Shown piece by piece: positions 49,524 to 61,351 of a DNA stretch of 64,000 nt. Source of the stretch: Azolla caroliniana (taxonomy: Eukaryota > Plantae > Polypodiophyta). Each line of letters begins with the position of its first letter. The stretch's first letter is position 1. The translations under genes and the position numbers were made by a program. Location: NCBI GenBank assembly GCA_043228905.1, contig JBHGNT010000010.1, positions 16,058,001 through 16,122,000 on the forward strand. The letters are read 5' to 3'. Below the pieces are notes generated by a model, which saw only the letters and a program-made list of their open reading frames with translations, searched no databases and was not told where the DNA came from.

Positions 49524-50262
49524 TGTTGGGAACTCGACGTTCCTTATGTCCGACTCTCGGCCACAACCGAGATTCTTTTATACACAGAAAAACAGGTACT
49601 GTAACGTGACACAGAGAGGAGAAATGGTACACAGGAGGTTTACGTGGAAAACCCCAAAATAGGGGAAAAACCACGGCAGCCCACAGACTGCAAACTGTCA
49701 CTATGTAAGAGTATACAACAGTGAGATCACAGAGGCAACGACCTCGTGCTCTCAGATCTTCACCACAGGCGGCGGTTACAACAGAGGCAACGACCTCGTC
49801 TCTCTCTCTCTCTCTCTCTGTACAGTTACGCGCTCTTCTCTATCTTCTAGCACAAAACAAGGAAGAATAACAACAACAAAACGACAACCCACATAAAAGT
49901 TTGCCCTAAGTCATATTTATACTAATATGACTTTTCGGCTATTTACAAATGTAGCCTCGATGGGCTCTCAGAAACATATTTACAAATATGTCTCTTCCTT
50001 CGGTTCATACCGGGCCTGCAACATCCGGCTCTCCGAAGTCGGGTACTCCCCATCCGGTTCATACCGGGTCTACACCATCCGGCTCTCCGCAGTCGGGTAC
50101 TCCCCATCCGGTTCATACCGGGTCTACACCATCCGGCTCTCCGCAGTCGGGTACTCTCCATTCGGTTCATACCGTTTCGGCCTCGGCCTGTCGGCCTCGG
50201 CCGAGTTTGTTCGTCGGCACTGTTCTTCTCCCTTCCCATTCGGAGGGACTTGTCTCCCAACA
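49524..50262 (-). mobile_element. Solo LTR of copia C (C3-like) inside the D 5' LTR
   Basis: Reverse complement matches 40807-41553; TSD ATTAA. Confidence 0.94.
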
Positions 50263-50426
50263 ATTAAGTCGGATTAATCGTTGAGTCTAATCCTGTTGCC
50301 GTAACACCCCTTTGGTGAAGTGTCTTCCGTAGACACCCTGTGTTAGGCCATTGTCCGGCCCTAAGATTTAACACAGTTTTTGGCGACCACGATCCCTGTT
50401 TTTGCAGCGAACGATGGCACGGATGG

Positions 50427-52451
50427 ATGACTAGATCAACGCACGACCTGGTTACAGATTGAACTCGACGCCTTGCCGAAAGGCAAAGGAGACGTGAGCC
50501 TTTCCAGCAAGCGCCGCAGGAAATTAGAGCGGATCGCTCGTTTTCCAACGTAATCCGGAGAGTAGTGGAGGACTCCCTCTGGTTACAGCAAACATCGCAC
50601 CCGGACGACGGTAGCAACCTAAGCAGCCTCCGGGAAACCGAATCCCTTCTCCAGGCGTTGGCAAACGGAGAAGGCGAAGCAAAAGCCTTTTCAGCGTATG
50701 AATCGGACTCCGAAGGGGAATACAGCGTGCACACGAACTACCGTAGCAGCAACGAAACCCCGGGCGGACCGGAGGACGAAGGATCGGATACCTTACCGAC
50801 ACCGGAACCGGAAGTGCTAAGGCGGGAACCTCCGGAACCAGCAGAGGAAGAGCAACCTCCGTCACCAAAAGAAGAGGAAAGACCACCGACGCCGGAAACA
50901 AATCAGGAAAGACCATCGACGCCGGAGAAAATCCCGGAACGAGCACCAACACTGCCAGCCCGCGCCCCGATACTGGACGACGACATGCCGTTCCAGTACT
51001 CCAAGTATAGAGATGATCCGGACGCGGAAGCTCATGTGCACGCCTTTGAATAGACATGGGAAGCCAACCATGTGTCCCAGCGATTGACCCCGGAAGAAGA
51101 GGAACGCTCTAAGATAGCGGAATTTGGCGTCACATTGGAGGGACCGGGAGCAAGATGCCGCCGGACGCAGGACCCGTCTACCATCACCACCTTTGCAGAT
51201 TTAAAAGCTAAATTCTTGCATTTTTTCCAAAAGGAGGTGGACCAGACCGTAATGGTGGGCTTATTTTATACCATCCGACAGGAGGCAGGGGAGAGCATTC
51301 CCCAGTTTGTCATCCAGTTTCAACGGATGCATAGTCAGCTTGCCCGCGCACCCCCGGAGGAGGAATTACGGACTATATTCCTAAATGTGCTCCGGGAACC
51401 CCTACGCACGGTTTGCACGGTAATTGACTTCCGCACAAGTACCATCGACCAGGTCATTGAACGGGTGCGAGAGATGGAAAAGACAAGATCCTAGCTCACA
51501 CTGGGAGCACTCCAATGGGCGTTACCGTCCGATGAAGACCTCCGGTTTCGGCAAGCAATACAGTGCACAACCTGCTTGAATTCCGGACACTCGGCACTAG
51601 AATGCACTATGAGGACACAATGTGTAATCTGTCAATGCAAGGGCCATACGACGAATAGGTGCGAGTATAATCTATTGAACCGGCAAGCACCGCCCGTCCG
51701 ACAAATAGAGCCACACAGTAGCCGGGATGAAGAAGAGGAACGCTGGCGGCGAATGGACTACGACCGACCGGCACAAGATGTCCGGTATGGCGATCGACGA
51801 GAGAATGATGTCTGGTACGGTGATCGGCGGGATAACTATGACCGGCATGATAGATATGATCAGTACCGGGATTACAATAGACGATACGAACATTACGACC
51901 GGGAGCACGCCCCCGGGTATCGTCAGCAACGGGAGGAATACGGTAGATATAACGAGCAACCTCGTCAAGAGTACCGCAATAAGAAGAGCTATAACAAAAA
52001 ACGGCATTTCAAAAAAGGCGGCTACCCACGGGATCCGGAACAAGGAGCTTCAAGTAGCCAACCGGCCCAAAACCCCGCGCTTACCATAGGACCTGCCTCG
52101 GGTACAACAGACAATGCCGAATCCAGCAATACCCGGAAAGCCTACTGCTACTACTGCTGACAGGAAGGCCATTATAGTAATCAATGCCCGGTGAAGAGCT
52201 ATGAAAAACGACCAACGGTAAATATGGTAGTCCTTGAGGTGACAGATCTGCAGCAAGTGACCACAAGGTCGAAGGGCATGGTCAAGGAATGGGAGACGCA
52301 GGAGACCATCCGGAAGCAAGCGACGGAATGGGTGAAGAAAGCAAACGAGCAGAATGTCACAGACTTACCGCGGCAAAAGGAGAACACCGTAGGGCTTGCC
52401 AGCGGTAGTCACTCCGAGAACGAGACATGGCAGGCGTTGCAAGAATGCTAG
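50427..52451 (+). pseudogene. gag: D gag, with stops
   Basis: Capsid-like ORFs 50565-51494; zinc knuckles CTTCLNSGHSALEC, CVICQCKGHTTNRC, CYYC*QEGHYSNQC. Confidence 0.82.
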
Positions 52452-55400
52452 ATTACGTTGCCACTAGGAAGACTCCTACAACTTGTGCCAAGATTCACGG
52501 AAGGACTGAAGATGGCCATGACGGCAGGAGAATCATCACCGGCACCGGTACTCTTCTCGAATCCGGAGGAGGGACCAACGGTGGGAGGGACCAACGGTGG
52601 TGGACACCAATAGTCCGGTAATCACTGCCATTGTAAAAGGGAAAGAACTCCCCGGCACAGTTATAGATGGAGGCTCCGGGGTGAATGTAATAAGCCTCCG
52701 GACGTGTGATGCCCTAGGAATCCACGAGTGGGAGCCGTGTCCGTTCTGGTTACGGATGGCCGATACAAGCTCAGTGCGGCCGACAGGATTAATACGGAAA
52801 TTAGAAATCACCGTGGGCGGTCATACATTTCACATCTCAGCAGTAGTGCTACAATTACAGGCACAAGGCGCATACCCGCTATTGCTAGGGCGGCCGTGGA
52901 AAAATATAATTACCTTCCGGTGAGGAAAAAGCCAAGGTACGGGTACCAACATAGCCAAGGACGAGCACTGGCAAGGAATGTACACCGTTGTATGCAGAGT
53001 GCGTCAACATGCTAGAAGGGTTAGCTGACGAAGAAGAAGCTCAGTACTTGCAGGAAAACCCGAAGATCATACCCCTCTTCAAAATTGACATTGCCGAAGC
53101 AGTAGCACCATACTTACCGCAACTGGAAGAGGCTGAAGCAGAACCGTATAAAGACGCAATCCGGGAGTTACGGCAAGCGCAGGAAGCGTTGGAACGGGAA
53201 ATGGCCGTTTCACAGCGCGTAAAAGCGTCGCAACTGGAAGAGGTGAACCTAGGGACCACGGACGAAGCAAAACCGGTGCACATCGCCAAGGAGATGAAGC
53301 CCGAAGACAAAACGGCGATGATCACACTTCTCACGGAATTTCGCGATGTGTTCGCCTGGTCATACGAAGACATGCGAGGACTCGACCCTCAGTTATACCA
53401 ACATCAGGTTCACTTGAGCAAGGATGCAAAACCAGTGGCACAAAGACGGTACCGGATGAATCCCAATTATGCCGCCAAAATCAAGGAGGAAATCGACAAA
53501 CTGCTAAGAGTTGGCTTTATCCGTCCGGTAAAGAAAGCGACATGGCTGAGCCCGATCGTAGTCGTACCGAAGAAGAACGGAAAAATTCGAGTTTGTGTGG
53601 ACTACCGGAAACTCAATGCGGCTACAGTAACGGATGCGTTTCCACTTCCGTTCACAGATGGAGTGTTGGATGCCGTCGCTGGCCATGAGGTCTATAGCTT
53701 CCTAGACGGATTCAGCGGGTATAATCAGATCCGGATGCACCCCGACGACCAAGAGAAAATGGCTTTCGTCACCGAATGGGGGGTGTTTGTGGCCGTGGTG
53801 ATGATGTTCGGACTCAAAACGGCACCGGCAACATTTCAACGAATCATCATGGAAATCTTTGGTGAATATATCCCGGCTTTTATGCAGGTTTTCCTTGACG
53901 ATTTCGCCATCTATAGTCGGGAGGAGGACCGTTTTCAGCACCTCCGTCTTTGTCTAGAAAAGTGTAGAGCGTACCGGCTAAGCTTGAATCCGGCAAAGTG
54001 TGTATTTGGCGTGTCCAGTGGAACCTTATTAGGACATATTGTGAGCCAGGAAGGTATTGCAGTCGACCCGGACAAAGTGAAAGCCATATTAGAAGCACCG
54101 GCGCCGGCAACGGCAAAGGCATTGAGCCGGTTCTTAGGCCAGATCCAGTGGCACAGTCGGATGCTCCGATACTTGGCCGACCTGGCTACACCGTTGCATG
54201 CCGCCGTACATCGGACACCATTCCAGTGGACCGACACCGAGGATAGGGCATATAGGGCCCTCAAGGTACTATTGTCGCAAGCACCGGTAGTGCAGCCTCC
54301 GGATTGGAGTAAAGAATTTCATGTGTTCGTGGACGCCTCCGACATCGCAATCGGAAGTGTACTGATGCAGCTTACGGAGCCAAAGTGGTACCGGCCAGTG
54401 TATTATGCCAGCTGAAAGCTATCCCAAGCAGAACGGAACTACTCTACCACGGAACGGGAAGCTCTAGGGATGATCTACAGTGTGACAAAGTTTCGGCATT
54501 ATTTATTGGGAAGGAAGTTTTCCTTCCATGTAGATCATTCGGCACTCCTTTACCTGGTGTCCAAAGCGTCACTCACCGGTAAGTTGGCCCGGTGGACCTT
54601 ACTGTTACAGGAATTCGAGTTTGAAATATTCCACCGACCCGGTATACAGCATGTCGTGGCGGATTACTTAAGCCGATTAGAGTCCGTAGAGACGGGTGAC
54701 GGAGTAGCGGATGAGTTTCCGGATGCGGAGCTGTTTCGAGTCACTACGGAAACGGCAGCAGATGAGACGGTGGCACAGGAAGATAAGTGGCTCACAAACA
54801 TGCACCAGTTTCTGAGCACAAGACTGCCTCCGGAAGAGATGAACCGGGACGAACGGAAACGCCTAGGGGTGCAAAGCCGACATTTCTGCTTACTGCAAGA
54901 CACACTTTACCACAAGGGCGCGGACGGCATATGGAGACGGGTTGTGCACAGCGATGAAAAGGACCTGATACTGAGGGAAGCCCACTGCGGAGTTGCCGGA
55001 GGTCACTATGCCGGAGATGCGACGGCCAGGAAAATATGGCAAAGTGGCCTATGGTGGCCAACGACATTAAGAGATGCGGTACGGTACGCAAAAGAATGTG
55101 ACCTATGCCAGCGAATGGGCCAGCCAACGGAACAGGCTCGTATGCCACACCAGCCGGTACTACCACTCGAGCCATTCAAGAAGTGGGGGCTGGACTTTGT
55201 TGGACCGTTCAAACCACCGACAATGAGAACGGGTAATCGGTACGCCATCGTCGCGACGGATTACTGCACGAAATGGGTGGAGGCCAACACCTTAAGAGAC
55301 AACACCGCTGCGTCAACGGCGAAATTTCTATACGAGTACATCTGGTGTCGTTACGGATGCCCAATCGAATTAATAAGCGACCAAGGGGGGCACTTTCTCG

Positions 55401-56192
55401 GCCAAGTAGTGGAAAGCCTGACGACATTCTATGCCGTTGTCCATAAACGGAGCACACCATACTATCCGCAAGCAAACGGGTTAGCGGAATCGACGAACAA
55501 AACGCTCCAGAATATCCTCCGGAAGATCGTCAACGAAAACCGAACGGATTGGGATACCAAGCTACATAGCGCGCTTCGGGCATACCGAACGGCATATAAA
55601 ACGAGCATCCGAACAACACCGTTCCGGTTAGCGTTCGGACTAGAGGCGGTAATGCCGGTGGAATTCCAAGTACCCAGCTTACGGATCCAGCTATGGGAAC
55701 GGCTGAACGAGAAGGAGTCGGAGGCAATACGGTTAACAGCGCTGTGTGAACTCGAGGAACAACGACTGGCAAGCATCCTGCACTTAGAATTGGAACAACG
55801 GCGACGGAAAGCATTTGTCGACCGGCACAGGAAAGGAAATGAAAAAATGTTCGCAATCGGCAAGCCGGTGTTAGTATTTCAGACACGGATGGGCAAGATG
55901 CCGTAAACTACGGTTTAGATGGACCGGCCCGTATTGGCTGACACGTGAGTATAATGGGTCCTACCAGTTAGGGACACTTGCCGGCGAAGTGCTAGGCAAA
56001 TGGGTCAACGGATTCCGATTGAAGCCATATAGAGGACCGATGCATAAGAACCCATTTGAGCAAAGGACCGACACCGGTGAGGAAACGGCAACCTATGAGG
56101 GAAATGGCAACCACCAAGACAGCAGAGACGGCGAGCTGGTAACTGGGGAGAATGAGGCCGGTAAGGGTCCGATAGGACCAACGGACAAGTAA
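52452..56192 (+). pseudogene. pol: D pol (PR-RT-RH-INT, no chromodomain), disrupted
   Basis: VIDGGSGVN; FLDGFSGYNQI, FLDD; VDASD; WGLDFVGP, SDQG, NGLAE; WTGPY. Confidence 0.93.
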
Positions 56193-56558
56193 CGTCACAT
56201 TAACAGTAAATAAATAAATAAACGAAGTAATCAGGCAAAAGCGAGGAATGAATGGACGAAAGAGCGAGGAGCGAAAAGGTACGTAGTGGGCATTTAAAGC
56301 GCCACCATAGGACATAATGCTATTTTAGTACACGACGTGCACACACTCGAAAAAGGCGCCAGAATGCACAGAGAAAAACCATTGTGCGTGGAAACCCTCT
56401 ACTTTCGCGAACCCAGGAGCACAGAAGCACCAAGGCGCTGCAAGATCATCAGACGAGAACCTACACACAGAGAACCCCCGCCTTCTGAACTATCTCTCTC
56501 TCACTCTCACTCTCATCACCAGCCAACCTCGCCACCACAAGCCGACCTCGACACAGAC

Positions 56559-59332
56559 ATGGACCCGCAAACACTGTCGGAAGCCGCCAAGACATGGCTA
56601 AAGCAACATGGGCTCGAGGGCTTCTTGATGATTATGGAGTTACCGCCACACAAAGAAGCCGACAAGGTGATCAAAGAAATCGACACAGAGGTCATAACGG
56701 TGGAGGCGATTCGAGCGTTAACAGGCCTTCCGGAGGGAGGCATACTCACGATTGACAATCCGACCTCGGAGCAACTCATCAGGTATTTTGGTGAGTACTC
56801 CCTAGCCAGCAAGGGCTACCGGACACAGGGCGGCGGAGATATGTTGTTCCGCGAGATTGCTCGTGTGCTCCACGAATACAGCCATGTGTACCCTAGACCC
56901 CCTGTCATGCCGCAGAACCGGGCAGGGATGATCATCACCACCTATGAAGGGATCAAGGTGGATTGGCCGGTATTGATCGCAGACGGTTTGTGTGCGGCGA
57001 TCGAGATCGGCAGAGGCAAAGACGGCAAAGAAGGCCGAGACGGACGGAGGATATGGCACGCCGTAACGCAGTGGCTCACCTTGCTTGTGCCACCCGTCCA
57101 GCCCAAAAAGCGGGGAAGAGTGGTGGACGGCACCCCAAAGACGGCTTCCAAAAGACAACAGTTGTTGGCCTCTAAGGCCACTAAGGGGAAGGCGGCGGAC
57201 GCAGAACAGGCGGGAAAGGAGAGCGGCAGCCGGAAGCGGCCAACGGATGTGCAGGAGGAACCACCGGCACGGCCCGTAAAGGTTACACTCCGCCGACCAG
57301 TGAATAGAGAAGCGGACCCCTTGGGGGCAAAACTCAATGTCGGGACTCAGGAAGAGGAAATAGAGGAGGAGCCTACGGAGCACCTCCAGCGACGGTCGTC
57401 GGCAAGGACCATTGAGGCAATCAGGAAACGTTCGGACCCTCAGACGGAGGGAACACCGGCTCCCCATACTGAGACTCCCACGCCAAGGGAAGAACCGGAA
57501 CCGGTGCGCATGGCACCGGAATCAGAAGCCCCGGCACCACCGGCAACACCGGCAAGTCCCATCCCGCCAGAGCCAGAAAGGTCAATACAGCCTCCCTCAG
57601 CTAACCAAGAAGAAGCGCAAGGGGAACCAAGACACCAGGGTGGTCCACGAGCTGAAACAGAATTTCAACTCGGCGCAATCAGGCGGGACCACCCATCTAC
57701 AAGCGAGCCCATTTGTCAAACCTCCGTGCAAGCACAACAATGCACCGGTAGCCTGTGGCTCCGGTGGATAGGCGAACAGATTGTCGGAGCAGTGGGGTAT
57801 ATTGAGGCGGAAGAAAGAGTGCAAAGCGAACGGTTGCTCGTCACAACCGAACAACTAGAGCGGCCCGGTCCAAAATCCGGTGCCTTGAAAAAGACTTGGA
57901 TCAGGTCACAGCAAAGATGGCCAAAATGGCCTTAACGGCAACACAGATCCAATCACCGGTGACTCTGGTAAGTGTACAGAATAAAGAAACGGATCGACCT
58001 GTACATACCAATAAGACCCCGGCAACAGAAACCGTTCCGGTGAGAGATGCGGCGCAAGCCCGGGAGTTTGCGGAATTGAGAGATAAACTTGCCGCACAAG
58101 AAGCGCTAAGGAGCCATGAACGGGAATTGAAGACAGCGGCCGAAGCCGAATTAAAGAAGACTGCTGAGCACCTCCGCCGGGCAGAGGAGAGCCTCCGGAA
58201 AGGCCATCAAGCATACGACTGGCTAAGGGAGGAAAAAGACAAAGTGCTGCAGGAAAAGGACAAGCTGCGGAAGACGGCAGAAACGGAAATTGAACGGCTA
58301 AAGGAAGAGCTCCGCCAGCAGAAAGACCGCGAGGACCGGGCCCGTCGACAGATCAACACACGGCTCAAGCAAAAGACATATGATTTTGAGCACCTACACC
58401 GGGACTACAAACGGCTGGAAACGGAGCATAAGGAACGGATGACCGAGCTCCAACAGGAAGTTGATCGGGCCGCGACGGCGATCGCCGACGAACGTGCGGA
58501 AAATACAAGACGGTTGGACGAGGCGGAGAAGGTCCGGATGGAGCTCCAGAGGCAGCAGCAGGAAGAAAAGGAGAGAGCGTCAACGGTATTGCAGAAATTA
58601 CAAAGCACATATCAAAGGCAATTGACGCATTACAATGAGCAGGCGGAAGACAACGTCAAAATCATCAAGCAACTGAAGGAGGAACGGCAAGCGGCGGAAA
58701 TCAAATCGCAATTGGGAACAGGCCAGATTCAGTGCATCCTCCGGGCATGGCTGAATCAGACAAAACGCTTGATTGACGAAAGCTCCGTAAGATGGTGGAC
58801 AAAGTGGGCACAAAATGCAGCGGAACTCCAATTGCTACGGGCAGACGTGGCAAACCGGCGGAAGGAAGGAGATGATTGTTATACGTTGACTTCCGAGGAC
58901 TTCACCGCCATACGGGACGAGCTGGCCGACGACTTCCAAGTCCTGGTGGATAAGCAGCTGGCGCAGGTCCGGCAACTCGTAGCTCAGCTAGACGATGATA
59001 GGCTGGACACTCAAATCCAGTTTGAAAGCTACGAGCGGTCCCGGGTTCGGGAAGAAAAAGCACGGGAAACGGCAACGGTTAACCTTAGTGATGAGGAACC
59101 GCCGGCGGCCGAGGGCCAGCCCGGAACCAGTCAACCGGAGACCACTACGACGGAGGGAGCAACGATGGAGACACCGGTGTTAGAGCAACAAACGGAGGAG
59201 CAGCCGCAGCAGCCACCAACGGACCCGTCGCAGCAGACATCAACAGAGCAACAACAACAACAACAACCAATTCCAGATGAACCATTGGAGACTCTCGAAC
59301 AAAGCATTCTGGATATTTTGGACGAAGAATAG
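56559..59332 (+). pseudogene. D accessory ORF (about 925 aa; one frameshift near 57862): globular N-domain, low-complexity linker, long coiled coil
   Basis: ORFs 56337-57935 and 57896-59332 between pol and the 3' LTR; ITVEAIRALTGLPEGG motif; E/K/R/Q-rich heptad-like region. Confidence 0.78.
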
Positions 59333-60072
59333 CAAGGGTCGGTTGTGGATTTGACGTATAAGGTACTGTCCAACGGGCATGCCATGTGTTACCGGCCAGC
59401 AAAGGAGTCCAGAGTGTGAAACGGGGAGTTATTTAATTAGTGGGAATGGTTGTAAGTAAGCTATGAGTGTGGACGGACGGACCGGAATCGGTATGCCGTT
59501 CCGGATCCGGACCGATCCTAAACAGGTGCGGATGGCACCGTTTTGTAATACAGACCGGAAACCTATTTAAAGGCCCGGATACAATGTAATGAACAGCGGT
59601 TAATTAATAAAGCTTAGTGTTGTTATCTCTCTGTGTTAATTGTCGTTCTGCATTCATTGTTATATCTTACGCGTGTGATTATTAAAGACGATCATGCTAA
59701 GTAACCTAATTAAGTCGGATTAATCGTTGAGTCTAATCCTGTTGCCATAACACCCCTTTGGTGAAGTGTCTTCCGTAGACACCCTGTGTTAGGCCATTGT
59801 CCGGCCCTAAGAGTTAACACTCTATTGCGACAATCAAAGTGCCATCCACATTGCTAAGAACGCAGCGTACCATTCCAGGACGAAGCACATCCAGCGTAGG
59901 TATCACTGGATCCGGGAGCGAGTAGAAGATCGAGAGTTCGCACTAACGAAGATCCACATGACCGAGAACGGGTCAGATATGCTGACAAAAGTACTGATAC
60001 CCGACAAGCTGGATGCATGTCGGAAGCGGATCGAACTAGTAAGACATCCCATGCCGGAGTGAAGGGGGAGTT

Positions 60073-60634
60073 TGTTAGGAAACAGGTCCCTCCGGATGGG
60101 AAGTGAGAAGAACAGTGTTGATGAGCAACTCAGCTGAGGCCGAATCCGGATGTGGAGTACCCGGCAACGAAAGACCCGGTGAGAACCGGATGACGAGTAC
60201 CCGGCAAGGAAGACCCGATGAGATCCAAATGTTGCAGGCCCGGTGAGAACCTCTCATCGGATGGAAGGGACATATATGTAAATATGTTCCAGAGAGCCCA
60301 CTGGGGCTATATTTGTAAATAGTCCAAAAGTCATATTAGTATAAATATGACCTAGGGCAAACTTAATAGTAATGATGTAGAGTTGGTTGTGTTATTATCG
60401 TTGTGGCGATAATTCAGACTGTAACTGCGTACAGAGAAGAGAGAGAGAGAGGAAGAGGTTGTTGCCTCAGTTGTAACCGCCTGGTGGCGAAGCGAGGGAA
60501 CAAGAGGTCGTTGCCTCTGTGTCCCTTCTTTACTATTTTGTGTGTAGATACATCTCACCACATTCCTGTTTTCTGTGCTTGATCCGACGTCTCGGTTGAG
60601 GCCGAGCATAGCTTAAGAAACCGTATTCCTTTCA
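60073..60634 (+). repeat. Copia C LTRb' (3' LTR of C2)
   Basis: PPT 60061-60070; matches 22336-23036 apart from internal deletions. Confidence 0.93.
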
Positions 60635-60864
60635 ATTAACAAGGTCAAATCACTTCTCTCTGGCAAATTCGAAATGAAAGACCTGCATGACCTCCATTAC
60701 TTCCTAGGGATTGAAGTAATTCGAACACTAGTCTGAATAATGATATCCCAACGGCACTACATCCTAAACTAACTCTACAAGTTCGGAATGATGGAATGCA
60801 AACCTATGTCTACCCCTCTCGATCGTAATTTCAAGATCGATGCTAACTCCAGCACGGCCGAAAT

Positions 60865-61351
60865 TGTATACTATGTGAAAAAACAAATTTCACTAAGTAT
60901 TTAAGGAACATGCACGACATACGAGAAAAGAAAATACAAACAGTTTTGAGACGCGTGGTCTTAAAACCTCATTATGAGATTCTAAATCTAGGGCACAAGG
61001 CCACATCTCAAAAACGGAGGCACATACAAAAAGAAAGGCACCACAGGCACAACACTCACACATGTATAGATGCAAAGCTGCACAAAGCCCTCAAGCTCTC
61101 TCACCTTCTGCTCAAACGCCCTTCCACTCTCACACTCCCTACATAGAAGCTTGCTCTCACTCTCAGTCTCTGTAACGCCACACCTTTTCGTACTCTTCCG
61201 AGACAACCATGCCACTTGCTGTGTCCAAGAAGCGCTACACATGGTAGAACGGGCACGGCCTAGGTGGATACCCCAAAGTAGTGGATGCACCCCCCCCCCC
61301 CCCCTCCCCCCCCACCCCTCACCTAGAGGCACAGGAAATCAAACATTGCGT
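60865..61351. repeat. Probable LTR fragment of an unassigned element, with a poly-C tract at 61290-61320
   Basis: Begins TGTA where copia B RT homology stops; non-coding. Confidence 0.35.

Larger units (their letters stand above)
49197..59819 (+). mobile_element. Ty3/gypsy element D, full length, with extra 3' ORF
   Basis: 433-bp LTRs (49197-50373 minus nested LTR; 59387-59819); TSD CTCTA; PBS TGGCGACCAC at 50381-50390 (Arg type). Confidence 0.95.
23068..60062 (+). pseudogene. C2 gag-pol in pieces: 23068-24226, 29678-29783, 45973-46026, 46752-49196, 59820-60062
   Basis: Pieces join colinearly with C3 after removing four TSD-flanked insertions; ORF 47212-49269 has INT-RT (YVDD)-RH. Confidence 0.9.
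19523..60634 (+). mobile_element. Copia family C three-LTR tandem (LTRa-C1-LTRb-C2-LTRb')
   Basis: LTRs at 19523-20161, 22336-23036, 60073-60634; middle LTR has both PPT and PBS; flanks CAATT / (CA)ATT. Confidence 0.82.
16494..60864 (+). mobile_element. Copia element B, decayed and split by a 41-kb nest; own sequence 16494-19522 and 60635-60864
   Basis: LTR about 16494-16772; PBS TGGTATCAGAGC at 16773; RT reads KKAI|NKVKSLLSGKFEMKDL across the nest. Confidence 0.8.

Noticed and set aside
56337-59332. Calling the D accessory ORF an envelope gene or a captured host myosin/SMC gene
   Set aside because: No signal peptide, transmembrane segment or ATPase motif, no introns, and it lies wholly between pol and the 3' LTR.
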